Positions 46,472 to 56,144 of a DNA stretch of 64,000 bases are shown piece after piece. Numbering within the stretch: the first letter of the stretch is position 1; the number at the start of each line of letters is the position of its first letter. Origin of the DNA: Thermodesulfobacteriota bacterium (GTDB taxonomy: Bacteria; Desulfobacterota_D; UBA1144; Nemesobacterales; UBA2774); the NCBI GenBank assembly GCA_965216785.1, contig OZ244197.1:2592001-2656000 (forward strand), written 5' to 3'. The notes beneath the pieces were generated by a model that was not told the DNA's origin, did not search any database, and saw only the letters and a list, made by a program, of their open reading frames with translations. Position numbers and translations under genes: made by a program.

Positions 46472-47080
46472 CTAATTTTTAATACATTGCCTAATGCCTT
46501 CCGAAGCTAAACATTTACCAAACAACCCAGATCCTGAAGAGACTAAAAATAGAAATGATGTACTAGTATCAATAGTTAAATTTACGCCTAAGATGCTTAT
46601 ACCTCCAACTATATATACAGTTCCTTTAAGATATTTTAAGTATGATGAATCAACTTTCCCATCAGTTGATAACGCACAAACCGTTCCTGTAATATCCTTA
46701 AGTCTATTTTCAATATCATCATAACCATGAAAATCGTCACTTAATATAGTAGTTGTGATATTTTTAGCATCTTGGAACAAATAATTGACCATTTTAGGAT
46801 CCATACCTGCTTCCAACATAAGTCCTTTTTCAAAACGTATAAAAGTAGAGAGAAAATCTCCCATTGCAATTCTACTTCTTTTAATCTCGCCTTGAAAATC
46901 TTTTACAAGGTTATTCTTTAGATGTTCTTTAAGGATCTGATCATTTAGAATATTGTTTAAAGCGGCACATCCAATCGAAAAAAATTGTCTGAGTGATTCT
47001 GGATCGATATCACCTTTCTCTAAATACTTCAGAGAACCAATCATCGAGTTTGATGCTTCAATTAAATATCTAGCTGACAT
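46472..47080 (-). CDS. AT-rich hypothetical protein with C-terminal hydrophobic segments
   Basis: 202-aa ORF; no recognised motifs. Confidence 0.6.
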   Translation of the reverse strand: MSARYLIEASNSMIGSLKYLEKGDIDPESLRQFFSIGCAALNNILNDQILKEHLKNNLVKDFQGEIKRSRIAMGDFLSTFIRFEKGLMLEAGMDPKMVNYLFQDAKNITTTILSDDFHGYDDIENRLKDITGTVCALSTDGKVDSSYLKYLKGTVYIVGGISILGVNLTIDTSTSFLFLVSSGSGLFGKCLASEGIRQCIKN

Positions 47081-47194
47081 AGGATATTTCCTTTAAATAT
47101 TTTTATAATAACTAGTTATCGATATCTTATTATAGTCGCTAATTGCTGTCAAGCTTTAACCCTTATAATTGTATTGAAGAATGTGGGTATCACC

Positions 47195-48010
47195 CTAATT
47201 ACACCTAAGCTTCCCGTTATCATTCCAGAGACCGTTTTTACAGTTTTTAAACCTTATGCTCGTATGCTTCCATTTTCCGTTCTTATTCCTGCACTCGGCC
47301 TCCAGCACATTACCTTCTTTATAGATGTTCTTACAGCTGTCCTTATAGCTTCCCGGAGGGAGTTTTCCACTACCTCCGCCAGCGCTGCCGCATACCAGTT
47401 TGCCGTTATCGTTTGAAATATTCTTATTGCATTTTTTATAGTTAATACTCGTGTTCTTCCACTTCCCGTTTCTATTCTCGCATTTAGAGTAGAGTCTGCC
47501 TCCCTCGGTGTAGGAGTCTTTGCACGAGTTTTTGTAGCTTCCTTTGGGCAGCTTTGATCCGTTTTTCTTGCTGCAGCTAAGCTCTCCGTTATCGTTCCAT
47601 ATATCTCTGTTGCAGTTTTTATAGTTAATACTTGTCTGCTTCCATTTGCCGTTTCTGTTCTCACAGCTCGCTTTTAGCTTTTTCCCCTGTACCTTAATAT
47701 CTCTACAGCTATTTTTATAACTCCCCGCCGGAGGCTTCGGAGCTGGTTTCTGTTTACATTTGAGCGCCCCGTTTTCGTTCCGGATATCCCCTTCGCAGAA
47801 CTCTATATTTATCTTCGTACTTGTCCATTGACCTTTTTCATTTTCACAGTTCGCGATTAAAAAATCACCTGCAACGTGTAGATCCTTGCATGTTTTTTTA
47901 TAGCTTCCTTCCGGTATCTTCGACTGTGCCGCCGCAAAAACGCCCGATAGCGCGGTCAGCGCAAGCACGACTGAAAAAACACGGATAAATTGAAGTAGAT
48001 ATAAATTCAT
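47195..48010 (-). CDS. Secreted protein with four cyanovirin-N (CVNH)-like repeats
   Basis: Signal peptide; 4x P.GSYK.[ST]C...G..L...C.N..G.W..T.I....C.....N.NG.L.C; start at ATG 48010 (GGGGG upstream). Confidence 0.85.
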   Translation of the reverse strand: MNLYLLQFIRVFSVVLALTALSGVFAAAQSKIPEGSYKKTCKDLHVAGDFLIANCENEKGQWTSTKINIEFCEGDIRNENGALKCKQKPAPKPPAGSYKNSCRDIKVQGKKLKASCENRNGKWKQTSINYKNCNRDIWNDNGELSCSKKNGSKLPKGSYKNSCKDSYTEGGRLYSKCENRNGKWKNTSINYKKCNKNISNDNGKLVCGSAGGGSGKLPPGSYKDSCKNIYKEGNVLEAECRNKNGKWKHTSIRFKNCKNGLWNDNGKLRCN

Positions 48011-48205
48011 AATAGTATTTCCCCCTAAATTTTCTTTCCAGAATACTAAAACATTCACACTCACCTTGTCAATCTGTTTTATGGAAGTTTACTCATTATA
48101 CTATTGCAGTAATATATAGATAAAATTAAGACCCCTACGCATTGTTTTTGAATAAGCCGGTGTAGTGTATAATTTGATTTCTTCATCCCTACAGGAGAGA
48201 AGCTA

Positions 48206-50620
48206 ATGTACGGTATCACCATTAAATATTTCTTAACATTATCAGCGGCTTTTCTCTTTATACTACAAATCACGGCACCGTCGCTCGCGGCGAATATAGG
48301 AATAGTATTCGACGGCCCGTCTAATCTGAATAAAAGTACGCTGGATGCCTATAAAAAAGAGATTATAGACCTTACCGAAGGCGAGTTTGATATATCTTTT
48401 CCTGAAAAGGATATCCTAGTATCGGATTGGACTGCTTCTGGTGTTAGAAGCTCCATAGACAAGCTTCTTAGAGACTCTAGCGTCGATATAGTTATCACTC
48501 TCGGCATTATTGGATCAACCGAAATCTCGCGGAGAAATAACCTTCCCAAACCTGTCATCGCCCCCTGGATTATAGACACCAACCTTTTGGGTATAGAGAC
48601 TACTCAAGACGGCACCAGCGGCATTAGAAACCTTTATTTTCTTGACACACCCGCGACACTAGACAGAGACATAAGCGCGTTTAAAGAAATTGTGGGATTC
48701 CAAAAATTGGCTCTCCTTTACATGCCGATTGTAACCGACCTTGTGCCCGAGATTGAAGGCTATGTCATCGATGTAGCCAGAGCAAACGAGATAGAGATTT
48801 TCTTGCTGCCCGAAAGGGAATCTGTGGAAAGCACTCTTTCGGCCATCCCGCCCGACATTGAGGCTGTGATAGTAACACCGCTTCTTAATTATACGGACGT
48901 TGAGATTGCCAAGCTCTACGACGGGCTCATCGAGAGAGGACTGCCGAGTTTCTCGATGATCGGCCTGAGGGAAGTAGAGCAAGGCGCCCTTATCGGTCTC
49001 ACCCCTGTGCTCGACATCACGAGACAAGCAAGAAGAGTCGCGCTCGCCGTGCAGAGCATACTCCTGGGCGAGGACCCGGGGGATCTACCGGTTGAGTTCA
49101 AAGAGCAAGAAAAACTGACGATTAACATGTCCACGGCAAGAGCTATTAACTTTTACCCGAGATGGAGTGTAATGACCGACGCCGATCTCATAAACGATGT
49201 TTCCGAGGATACGGGACGCGCCCTCACTCTCGAGCAAGCCGTCGATGAATCCGTAAAAGTTAATCTAGACATCCTAGCAGCCGATCAGTTCGTTGCCGCA
49301 GGTGCAGAGAACGTAAGGCTTGCGCTCTCAGAGCTACTTCCCCAGTCAGAGATATTTCTCGATAACAACTATATAGATAAAGACCGCGCCGCGGCGAGCT
49401 TCGGCACCCAGCCCGAGCGCTCTATCAGCGGTGTTGCAAACCTGAGGCAGCTAATTTACTCTGACTCCGCCTGGTCAAACCTCACTGTGCAGAAACGCCT
49501 TCAGGACGCGAGAAAATACAGCCGCGACGAAATCAGGCTCGACATCATCGCAGCGACCTCAATTGGCTATTTGAACGTGCTAAGGGCAAAAACAATAGAA
49601 AACATACAAAAAGACAACCTCAAGCTCTCCAAATCAAACCTTGAGATCGCAGAAGTACGCCGCGATATAGGGGTCGCTAGCCCTGCGGAAGTATACCGTT
49701 GGGAGAGCGAGATATCCTCAGACAGGATCGAGGTCGTAAACGCGGAAGCACAGAGAAAGAATACAGAAATACTCCTAAACAGACTCCTTCACAGACCTCA
49801 GGGCGAGAAATTCAGCACAGTCGAAACTGGTCTTGACGACCCTACCCTGATCGTAAGCGACCCCAGACTCAACCGCTATATCAATAACCCCGGGGTTTTT
49901 GAGATATTTCTTAACTTCATGGTAAGCCAGGGTCTTGAGCAGTCACCGGAAATATCAAATCTCGAATCTCAAATCGAAGCGCAGGACAGAATACTTAAAA
50001 CTAGTAAAAGAGCATTTTGGCTCCCCACTCTCAGCGCATTCGGCGAAGTGAGACAGTTTTTCTATGAGGGTGGTGCCGGAAGCGAGGTAGAAACCGGATC
50101 AGAATTCCCCGTACAACTCTCTGAGCAGGACGACACAGAGTGGCTCGTGCAGTTTCAGGCTTCGTTCCCGCTCTTCAGAAGCGGCGGGAAAATAGCAGAT
50201 TACCGCCAGGCACGCTCAGAACTCTCACGGCTCAGGTTTGAAAAAGACTCTACAATGACAAAGGTAGAGGAAGAGATAAGAACCTCGCTCAACAACTCGG
50301 GCGCTTCATTTCCAAGCATCCGATTCGCAAACGACGCTTCAGAGGCGGCCCGCAAAAACCTCGAGCTTGTAACCGACTCCTATTCACGTGGAGCGGTTTC
50401 CATCATTGATCTCTTGGACGCGCAGAACGCGGCCCTCTCAGCAGAGCTCAACGCGGCAAACGCAGTGTATGATTTTCTCATAGACCTGATGAACGTACAG
50501 CGCGCGGTGGGTAAATTCGATTTCTTTACCACACCTGAGGAGCGTATGGAATGGTTCAGGGAGCTTGAAGAGTTCTATCTCGACACCAAGCGTCCGCAGG
50601 AAAAACCCAAGACCGAGTAG
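48206..50620 (+). CDS. TolC-family outer-membrane factor fused to an N-terminal ABC-type solute-binding domain
   Basis: N-terminal about 330 aa with GLPSFS...VEQGALIG and LTINMSTARAI; C-terminal TolC region LTLEQAV..., PLF.GG, Y..G..S.IDLLDAQ. Confidence 0.85.
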   Translation: MYGITIKYFLTLSAAFLFILQITAPSLAANIGIVFDGPSNLNKSTLDAYKKEIIDLTEGEFDISFPEKDILVSDWTASGVRSSIDKLLRDSSVDIVITLGIIGSTEISRRNNLPKPVIAPWIIDTNLLGIETTQDGTSGIRNLYFLDTPATLDRDISAFKEIVGFQKLALLYMPIVTDLVPEIEGYVIDVARANEIEIFLLPERESVESTLSAIPPDIEAVIVTPLLNYTDVEIAKLYDGLIERGLPSFSMIGLREVEQGALIGLTPVLDITRQARRVALAVQSILLGEDPGDLPVEFKEQEKLTINMSTARAINFYPRWSVMTDADLINDVSEDTGRALTLEQAVDESVKVNLDILAADQFVAAGAENVRLALSELLPQSEIFLDNNYIDKDRAAASFGTQPERSISGVANLRQLIYSDSAWSNLTVQKRLQDARKYSRDEIRLDIIAATSIGYLNVLRAKTIENIQKDNLKLSKSNLEIAEVRRDIGVASPAEVYRWESEISSDRIEVVNAEAQRKNTEILLNRLLHRPQGEKFSTVETGLDDPTLIVSDPRLNRYINNPGVFEIFLNFMVSQGLEQSPEISNLESQIEAQDRILKTSKRAFWLPTLSAFGEVRQFFYEGGAGSEVETGSEFPVQLSEQDDTEWLVQFQASFPLFRSGGKIADYRQARSELSRLRFEKDSTMTKVEEEIRTSLNNSGASFPSIRFANDASEAARKNLELVTDSYSRGAVSIIDLLDAQNAALSAELNAANAVYDFLIDLMNVQRAVGKFDFFTTPEERMEWFRELEEFYLDTKRPQEKPKTE

Positions 50621-50636
50621 AGGATATAAATGTCAG

Positions 50637-51800
50637 ATGGCCAATTTAAAAAATAAAATCTCATTATCCAAAACATTACTTGCATCCCGCCCTCTCTTGG
50701 CGCTTTGCGTGTTCATTCTACTGCCCGTGTTCGGGTGCGGCGGGGGCGGAGATGAAGTTACCGAATCCATCAGGCCGGTCCGCTACCTGGAGGTCCTGTC
50801 AATCGGGGGAGGAAAGCTAAGGACTTTCACAGGGGTTGCCAAAGCCGGAGTCGAGTCAAACCTGAGCTTTAAGGTCGCGGGCACCATTCTCGATCTTCCC
50901 GTCAAACTCGGAGATAAAGTCACGGAGGGCGCACTCATAGCCGAGATCGACCCTAGCGATTACCTGATACAAAAACAGGAGGCTGAGGCCTCGCTTATAA
51001 GCTCTCAGGCACAGGCCAGAAACGCGCAATCCGACTACAGCCGCATTAGAGCGCTTTACGAGAACAATAACGCTTCCAGAGGAGAGCTCGATAATGCAAG
51101 GGCCTCTTCAGAATCCGCAGACGCACAGGTAGAGGCCGCTAAAAAGAGGCTCGAGCTTGCGGACCTTCAGCTGAGCTACACAAAGCTCACCTCTCCTGTA
51201 GACGGCGCGATAGCCGACGTATACGTTGAAGTCAACGAAAACGTGTCCACAGGTGAAAAGATCGTCACCATAACGTCGGGCTCAAATACGGAAGTTAACG
51301 TAGCTGTACCTGAGATCCTTATATCGTCTATAACAGAGGGGAGCCCGGTTGATATCAAGTTCGATGCGATTCCCGGGAAGATGTACACAGGCACCGTAGT
51401 GGAAGTTGGGGTTTCCTCAACAAGCGTTGCCACCACTTTTCCCGTAACAGTCAGGGTTAACAGTGAAAACGGCAATATTCTCCCGGGTATGGCCGCAGAG
51501 GTCATTTTCCGTTTCGAGTCCGCGGACGGTAAAAGTAAGATAATCGTCCCTTCTGTCTCCGTTGGCGAAGACAGGGAGGGGCAGTTTGTGTTTATTCTTG
51601 AGACAAATCCAAACGTTGAGGGAAACTCCCAAAACGCGGTCGCAAGGAAAAAGGCTGTTAGTATTGGCGACATATCCGCTGAGGGCATTGAAATTACAGA
51701 GGGTTTAGTAGGTGGAGAGCTCATCGTTACAGCCGGAGTAAGAAGGATAATCGACGGACAAAAGGTCAAACTGCTAGAAGCGCCTGAAACCGCTCAATGA
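50637..51800 (+). CDS. RND efflux periplasmic adaptor (MFP)
   Basis: LSFKVAG, V..GDKV, YTKLTSPVDG, LPGM, GL..GE.IVTAG; lipobox FGC. Confidence 0.93.
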   Translation: MANLKNKISLSKTLLASRPLLALCVFILLPVFGCGGGGDEVTESIRPVRYLEVLSIGGGKLRTFTGVAKAGVESNLSFKVAGTILDLPVKLGDKVTEGALIAEIDPSDYLIQKQEAEASLISSQAQARNAQSDYSRIRALYENNNASRGELDNARASSESADAQVEAAKKRLELADLQLSYTKLTSPVDGAIADVYVEVNENVSTGEKIVTITSGSNTEVNVAVPEILISSITEGSPVDIKFDAIPGKMYTGTVVEVGVSSTSVATTFPVTVRVNSENGNILPGMAAEVIFRFESADGKSKIIVPSVSVGEDREGQFVFILETNPNVEGNSQNAVARKKAVSIGDISAEGIEITEGLVGGELIVTAGVRRIIDGQKVKLLEAPETAQ

Positions 51801-54800
51801 ACATTACTCGCTTTTCTATAGAAAAAAACAGAATCACCCTCACCGCGCTCGTCGTAGTAGTGCTTGCGGGGTTCCTATCATATTTCAATATGTCCCGCTC
51901 AGAAGACCCGGGCTTCATCATACGTACCGCCCAGGTTACTACGTACTGGGGCGGCGCAAGCCCCGAGCGCGTGGAGCAGCTGGTCACGGACAAGCTTGAG
52001 AAAGTAATACAGGAAATGCCCGAGATTGACTTTATCAACAGCACCTCAAAAACCGGCATATCCGTAATAAATGTAAACGTTAAAGAGAGTTACACGGACA
52101 TGAGGCCCATCTGGGACAGTCTCAGAAGAAAGGTCGACAGGGCCCGCACAGAGCTTCCGGATGACGTAGAAGGCCCTTTTGTAAATGACGAGTTCGGAGA
52201 CGTATTCGGGATCGTGATTACCCTCATCGGCGAAGGCTTCAGCTACAGAGAGCTCAAGGACATTGCCGACGAGGTCCGTGATGAGCTCTTATTCATACCC
52301 GATGTCGCAAAGGTCGAGATTTACGGGGCCCAGGAAGAGCGGATATTCGTCGAATACAGTAACGCCCAGCTCTCTGAGCTCGGCATATCCCCTAGCCAGC
52401 TAAGGGACATACTCACTTCAAGGAATATCATAGTGCCCGGCGGAGATATAGACACGGAGTACGAGAAGATTGTACTCGAACCCTCTGGAAATTTCTTTTC
52501 ATTTGACGAAATAAAAACCGCGAAAATCCAGCTGCCCGATATGAATGAGGTCATATACCTCCAGGATATAGCGGATATCTCAAGGGGTTATATAGACCCT
52601 CCGGAGCAGATGATGAGGTGCTCTGGAGAGAGATGTCTTGGGCTAGCGGTATCCATGCGCGAGGGCGGCAATATAATAGAGATGGGCACTCAGGTAAAGG
52701 AAGTTATCGACAGGGTCCAGGGCTTCTACCCGATCGGAATCGAGTTTGATTACGTCCAGTTCCAACCCGAGCCCGTGGCTAAAAAGGTTAATGACTTTAC
52801 CAGCAACCTGCTGCAGGCTGTAGCCGTTGTAGCGCTCGTAATGCTATTTACGCTCGGGCTTCGAACCGGCTTGATCGTGGCTTGCCTTATTCCCGCCGCC
52901 ATGTTGATGTCACTCATGATAATGGGTTTTCTGGATATCGGACTTGACCAGATCTCTCTTGCAGCACTCATTATTGCGCTCGGTATGCTTGTTGATAACG
53001 GCATCGTGATGTCTGAATCGATTATGGTACAGATGTCGGGAGGTAAATCCGTAAAGGACGCCGCCATAGACTCCGCCAAAGAGTTAAGACTGCCGCTTCT
53101 GATTGCGTCCCTGACAACCGCGGCAGCGTTTCTTCCCATTTATCTTGCTGAATCAGCTGTGGGCGAATATACGGCGTCACTATTCAAAGTAGTCTCCATA
53201 ACGCTGCTTAGCTCATGGATACTCTCAATTACAGTAATCCCGCTTCTTTGTGTGAAGTTTTTAAGAGTAAAACCCGAGAGCGTGAAAGACAGGTTCGGAT
53301 CAAACTTCTACACTCTGTACAGAAATTCTCTGATAAGAGGACTCAAAAGCCCCTATATCTCCATATGTATTATTGCCGTCATCTTCGCGCTCTCGATCTA
53401 CGGCTTCCGTTTTGTACCGTCGATATTTTTTCCCCCGAATGACAGACCTACTTTTACAATAGACCTGAATTTACCCACGGGAACCCCGATTAAACGCACC
53501 GAAGCCGTAACGATTGAGATTGAAAAATTTATAGAGAAAAACTTTGAGGTAAACGAAGACAGAAAAGAGGGTATTACCAATTGGGCCGCATTCGTCGGCC
53601 AGGGAGCGCCCAGGTTCATACTGTCATATGGTCCCGAGCCGCCGAGTCCTGATTACGCTTTTATTATTGTTAATACATCGTCAAGGGAAATTATCGACAG
53701 TATCATCCCCGAGATAGAAAAATTCTGCCTGGACAACTTTCCAGATCTCAAACCCACTATCAGGCCGCTTGATCTCGGCCCCCCGGCCTGGCCTCCTGTA
53801 GAGGTACGCATATCGGGACGCGACACTGACAAGCTCTTTGATATAGTGAGCGAAGTGAAAGCAAAGCTCGCGTCGATTCAGGGCACCAAGCTTATTGACG
53901 ACGATTGGGGAGCCAGATCCAAGAAGTTTTTAGTGAACATAAACCAGCCGCGCGCTCTGAGGGCGGGCGTCACAAGCCAGGACATAGCTGTGTCGCTTCA
54001 AACATATCTTAGCGGCATGGACACTACAGAGTTCCGGGAGGAGGACAAGCTTATACCCATCACCATGCGCTCAGTGGCTTCTGACCGTGACAACATCGGC
54101 AAGCTCGAGAGCTTAAACGTATTCGTACAGAGCTCAGGTAAATCACTCCCGCTTAAGCAGGTAGCCGATATCGAAGTCGCCTGGCAGCCGGGGAAAATCG
54201 TAAGACGAGACAGACTAAGAACCGTGACCGTGGAATCTCTGCTCGACCCGGGCTATACCGCCAGTGAGATTAACGCCCAGCTCAGACCATGGCTGGAAAA
54301 GGAGCAAAAGTCTTGGGGACTTGGATATTACTGGGAGCTCGGCGGAGAAACCGAAGAAGCGGATAAGGGGAACGCGTCTATCGCCGCGAAGCTTCCAATA
54401 GCCGCTATGATCATTCTTCTCCTCCTGGTCGGCCAGTTTAACTCACTCCGAAAACCCGCCATAATACTAATAACCATACCTCTGGGCATTATCGGAGTGG
54501 TAATCGGACTGCTCGTAACCAATTTATATTTTGGCTTCATGACGCTCCTGGGGATAATTTCACTCTCGGGGATTGTAATAAATAACGCGATTGTACTCCT
54601 GGACAGGATAGATATAGAGATTAATGAGAACGGGCTCGAGCCCGCAAGAGCCGTAGTCGTTTCCGCCGTAAGACGGTTCCGTCCGATAATACTTACTACA
54701 GTAACGACTATTTCAGGCCTCCTTCCACTCTGGATAGGCGGTGGTCCCATGTGGGAGCCTATGGCGGTCGCAATTATTTTCGGTCTGCTCTTCGCAACCA

Positions 54801-54874
54801 TGCTTACCCTTGGAGTTGTACCGGTACTATATTCTCTGTTCTACAGGGTAAGTTTCAGAGACTTTAAATACTAG
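51797..54874 (+). CDS. RND efflux permease (VDN/INN subtype)
   Basis: RSEDP, ERVEQLVT, NDEFGDV, ALGMLVDNGIV, GIVINNAI, RFRPI; overlaps the MFP stop (ATGA). Confidence 0.95.
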   Translation: MNITRFSIEKNRITLTALVVVVLAGFLSYFNMSRSEDPGFIIRTAQVTTYWGGASPERVEQLVTDKLEKVIQEMPEIDFINSTSKTGISVINVNVKESYTDMRPIWDSLRRKVDRARTELPDDVEGPFVNDEFGDVFGIVITLIGEGFSYRELKDIADEVRDELLFIPDVAKVEIYGAQEERIFVEYSNAQLSELGISPSQLRDILTSRNIIVPGGDIDTEYEKIVLEPSGNFFSFDEIKTAKIQLPDMNEVIYLQDIADISRGYIDPPEQMMRCSGERCLGLAVSMREGGNIIEMGTQVKEVIDRVQGFYPIGIEFDYVQFQPEPVAKKVNDFTSNLLQAVAVVALVMLFTLGLRTGLIVACLIPAAMLMSLMIMGFLDIGLDQISLAALIIALGMLVDNGIVMSESIMVQMSGGKSVKDAAIDSAKELRLPLLIASLTTAAAFLPIYLAESAVGEYTASLFKVVSITLLSSWILSITVIPLLCVKFLRVKPESVKDRFGSNFYTLYRNSLIRGLKSPYISICIIAVIFALSIYGFRFVPSIFFPPNDRPTFTIDLNLPTGTPIKRTEAVTIEIEKFIEKNFEVNEDRKEGITNWAAFVGQGAPRFILSYGPEPPSPDYAFIIVNTSSREIIDSIIPEIEKFCLDNFPDLKPTIRPLDLGPPAWPPVEVRISGRDTDKLFDIVSEVKAKLASIQGTKLIDDDWGARSKKFLVNINQPRALRAGVTSQDIAVSLQTYLSGMDTTEFREEDKLIPITMRSVASDRDNIGKLESLNVFVQSSGKSLPLKQVADIEVAWQPGKIVRRDRLRTVTVESLLDPGYTASEINAQLRPWLEKEQKSWGLGYYWELGGETEEADKGNASIAAKLPIAAMIILLLLVGQFNSLRKPAIILITIPLGIIGVVIGLLVTNLYFGFMTLLGIISLSGIVINNAIVLLDRIDIEINENGLEPARAVVVSAVRRFRPIILTTVTTISGLLPLWIGGGPMWEPMAVAIIFGLLFATMLTLGVVPVLYSLFYRVSFRDFKY

Positions 54875-54877
54875 ATT

Positions 54878-54906
54878 TTGACAAATGCAGTTATTTTGCA
54901 TATTTT
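54878..54906 (+). promoter_or_regulatory. Sigma70-like promoter for the second RND operon
   Basis: TTGACA-17nt-TATTTT; the spacer region contains an ATGCA-N7-TGCAT palindrome. Confidence 0.5.
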
Positions 54907-54965
54907 CATATCCTAAGGCGGGGGTCTTAATATAATTTTCAGTACATCTGTGAGGACTGGAGATA

Positions 54966-56138
54966 ATGACTAAATACATATATTGCACTTCTTGTTACGT
55001 AATACTCGGCGCTCTCTTTTTGATCACCGCAGCCTGCGGTGGGGGTGATGATCCATCTAACCTACCGCCGCCTAAGATACAGGTATATGTAACAGAGGCT
55101 ACCGATGTCCCGATATTCAGGGAATTTGTAGGTGAAACACTTGGGGACAGTAATGTAGACATAGCTGCCCGTGTGCAGGGTTTTCTGGAAAAAAGGCATT
55201 TTGAAGAGGGCTCTTTTGTAAAAGAAGGTCAACTTCTCTACACGATAGAGAGCCAGCCGTTTGAGGAGAAGGTAGCAGAGGCACAGAGCGTGCTTGCCAC
55301 AGCCCAGGTAAACCTGGCAAACGCCGAAAGCGACCTATCAAGGATAAAACCCCTAGCCGCAGAAAACGCTATAAGCCAGATCGACCTTGACGCGGCCCAG
55401 GCAAGGTATGAAGCGTCTGTTGAGGGCGTGAAAGCTGCCGAAGCGGGTCTCAGAGCAGCCGAGCTTGAGTTAAGCTATACGAAAGTATACTCACCCATAA
55501 ACGGCGTTATCGGCAAATCAAGGGCCGAAGAAGGAGATTTCGTCGGCGGAAGCGCTAGTACAGTAGTCCTAACCACTGTCTCATACATCGATACGATGGC
55601 AGTTCAGTTCTACCTCACACAGGACGAATACCTCGAAGCCGCCCGCAGGATTGATGCGGAGACAAAAGAAGAAGATGTAGAACCTGAAGATGATACGAAC
55701 AACCTTGTGCTCATACTATCTGACACCCAGGTTTATGAATATAAAGGCAAATTTGATTTCATAGACAGAAATTTTGATACTCAAACTGGCTCAATTCTCG
55801 TCCAAACCCTTTTCCCCAATCCAAACCAGCTTCTACGCCCCGGGCTCTTCGCAAGGGTGCGCGCAGAGGTAGATGTTATTAAAGACGGAATACTAGTACC
55901 CCAAAGGTGCGTTATGGAGCTTCAGAGTAAATTCAACGTCCTTGTAGTTACACCTGAAAACAAAGTAGAGAACCGCCAAGTAGTCACAGGTCCTACTGTA
56001 AAGAGCTTCTGGCTCATCAAAGAAGGCCTCAAACCAGGAGAAAGGGTAATTTATGAAGGGCTCCAGCAAGTAAAAGAAGGCCAAGTCGTAACCCCGGAAG
56101 TAGTAGACATCAAAATCCCTGATCTAGAGAGTATATAA
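54966..56138 (+). CDS. RND efflux periplasmic adaptor (AcrA-like)
   Basis: Lipobox AAC, ARVQGFL, LSYTKVYSPING, TGS....LFPNP...LRPG.F, VPQR. Confidence 0.94.
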   Translation: MTKYIYCTSCYVILGALFLITAACGGGDDPSNLPPPKIQVYVTEATDVPIFREFVGETLGDSNVDIAARVQGFLEKRHFEEGSFVKEGQLLYTIESQPFEEKVAEAQSVLATAQVNLANAESDLSRIKPLAAENAISQIDLDAAQARYEASVEGVKAAEAGLRAAELELSYTKVYSPINGVIGKSRAEEGDFVGGSASTVVLTTVSYIDTMAVQFYLTQDEYLEAARRIDAETKEEDVEPEDDTNNLVLILSDTQVYEYKGKFDFIDRNFDTQTGSILVQTLFPNPNQLLRPGLFARVRAEVDVIKDGILVPQRCVMELQSKFNVLVVTPENKVENRQVVTGPTVKSFWLIKEGLKPGERVIYEGLQQVKEGQVVTPEVVDIKIPDLESI

Positions 56139-56144
56139 GAGTAA

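Noticed and set aside
48125-54931. Shared 11-mer ATTAAGACCCC upstream of both RND operons
   Set aside because: It is short, occurs in opposite orientations and has only two copies, which is compatible with chance.
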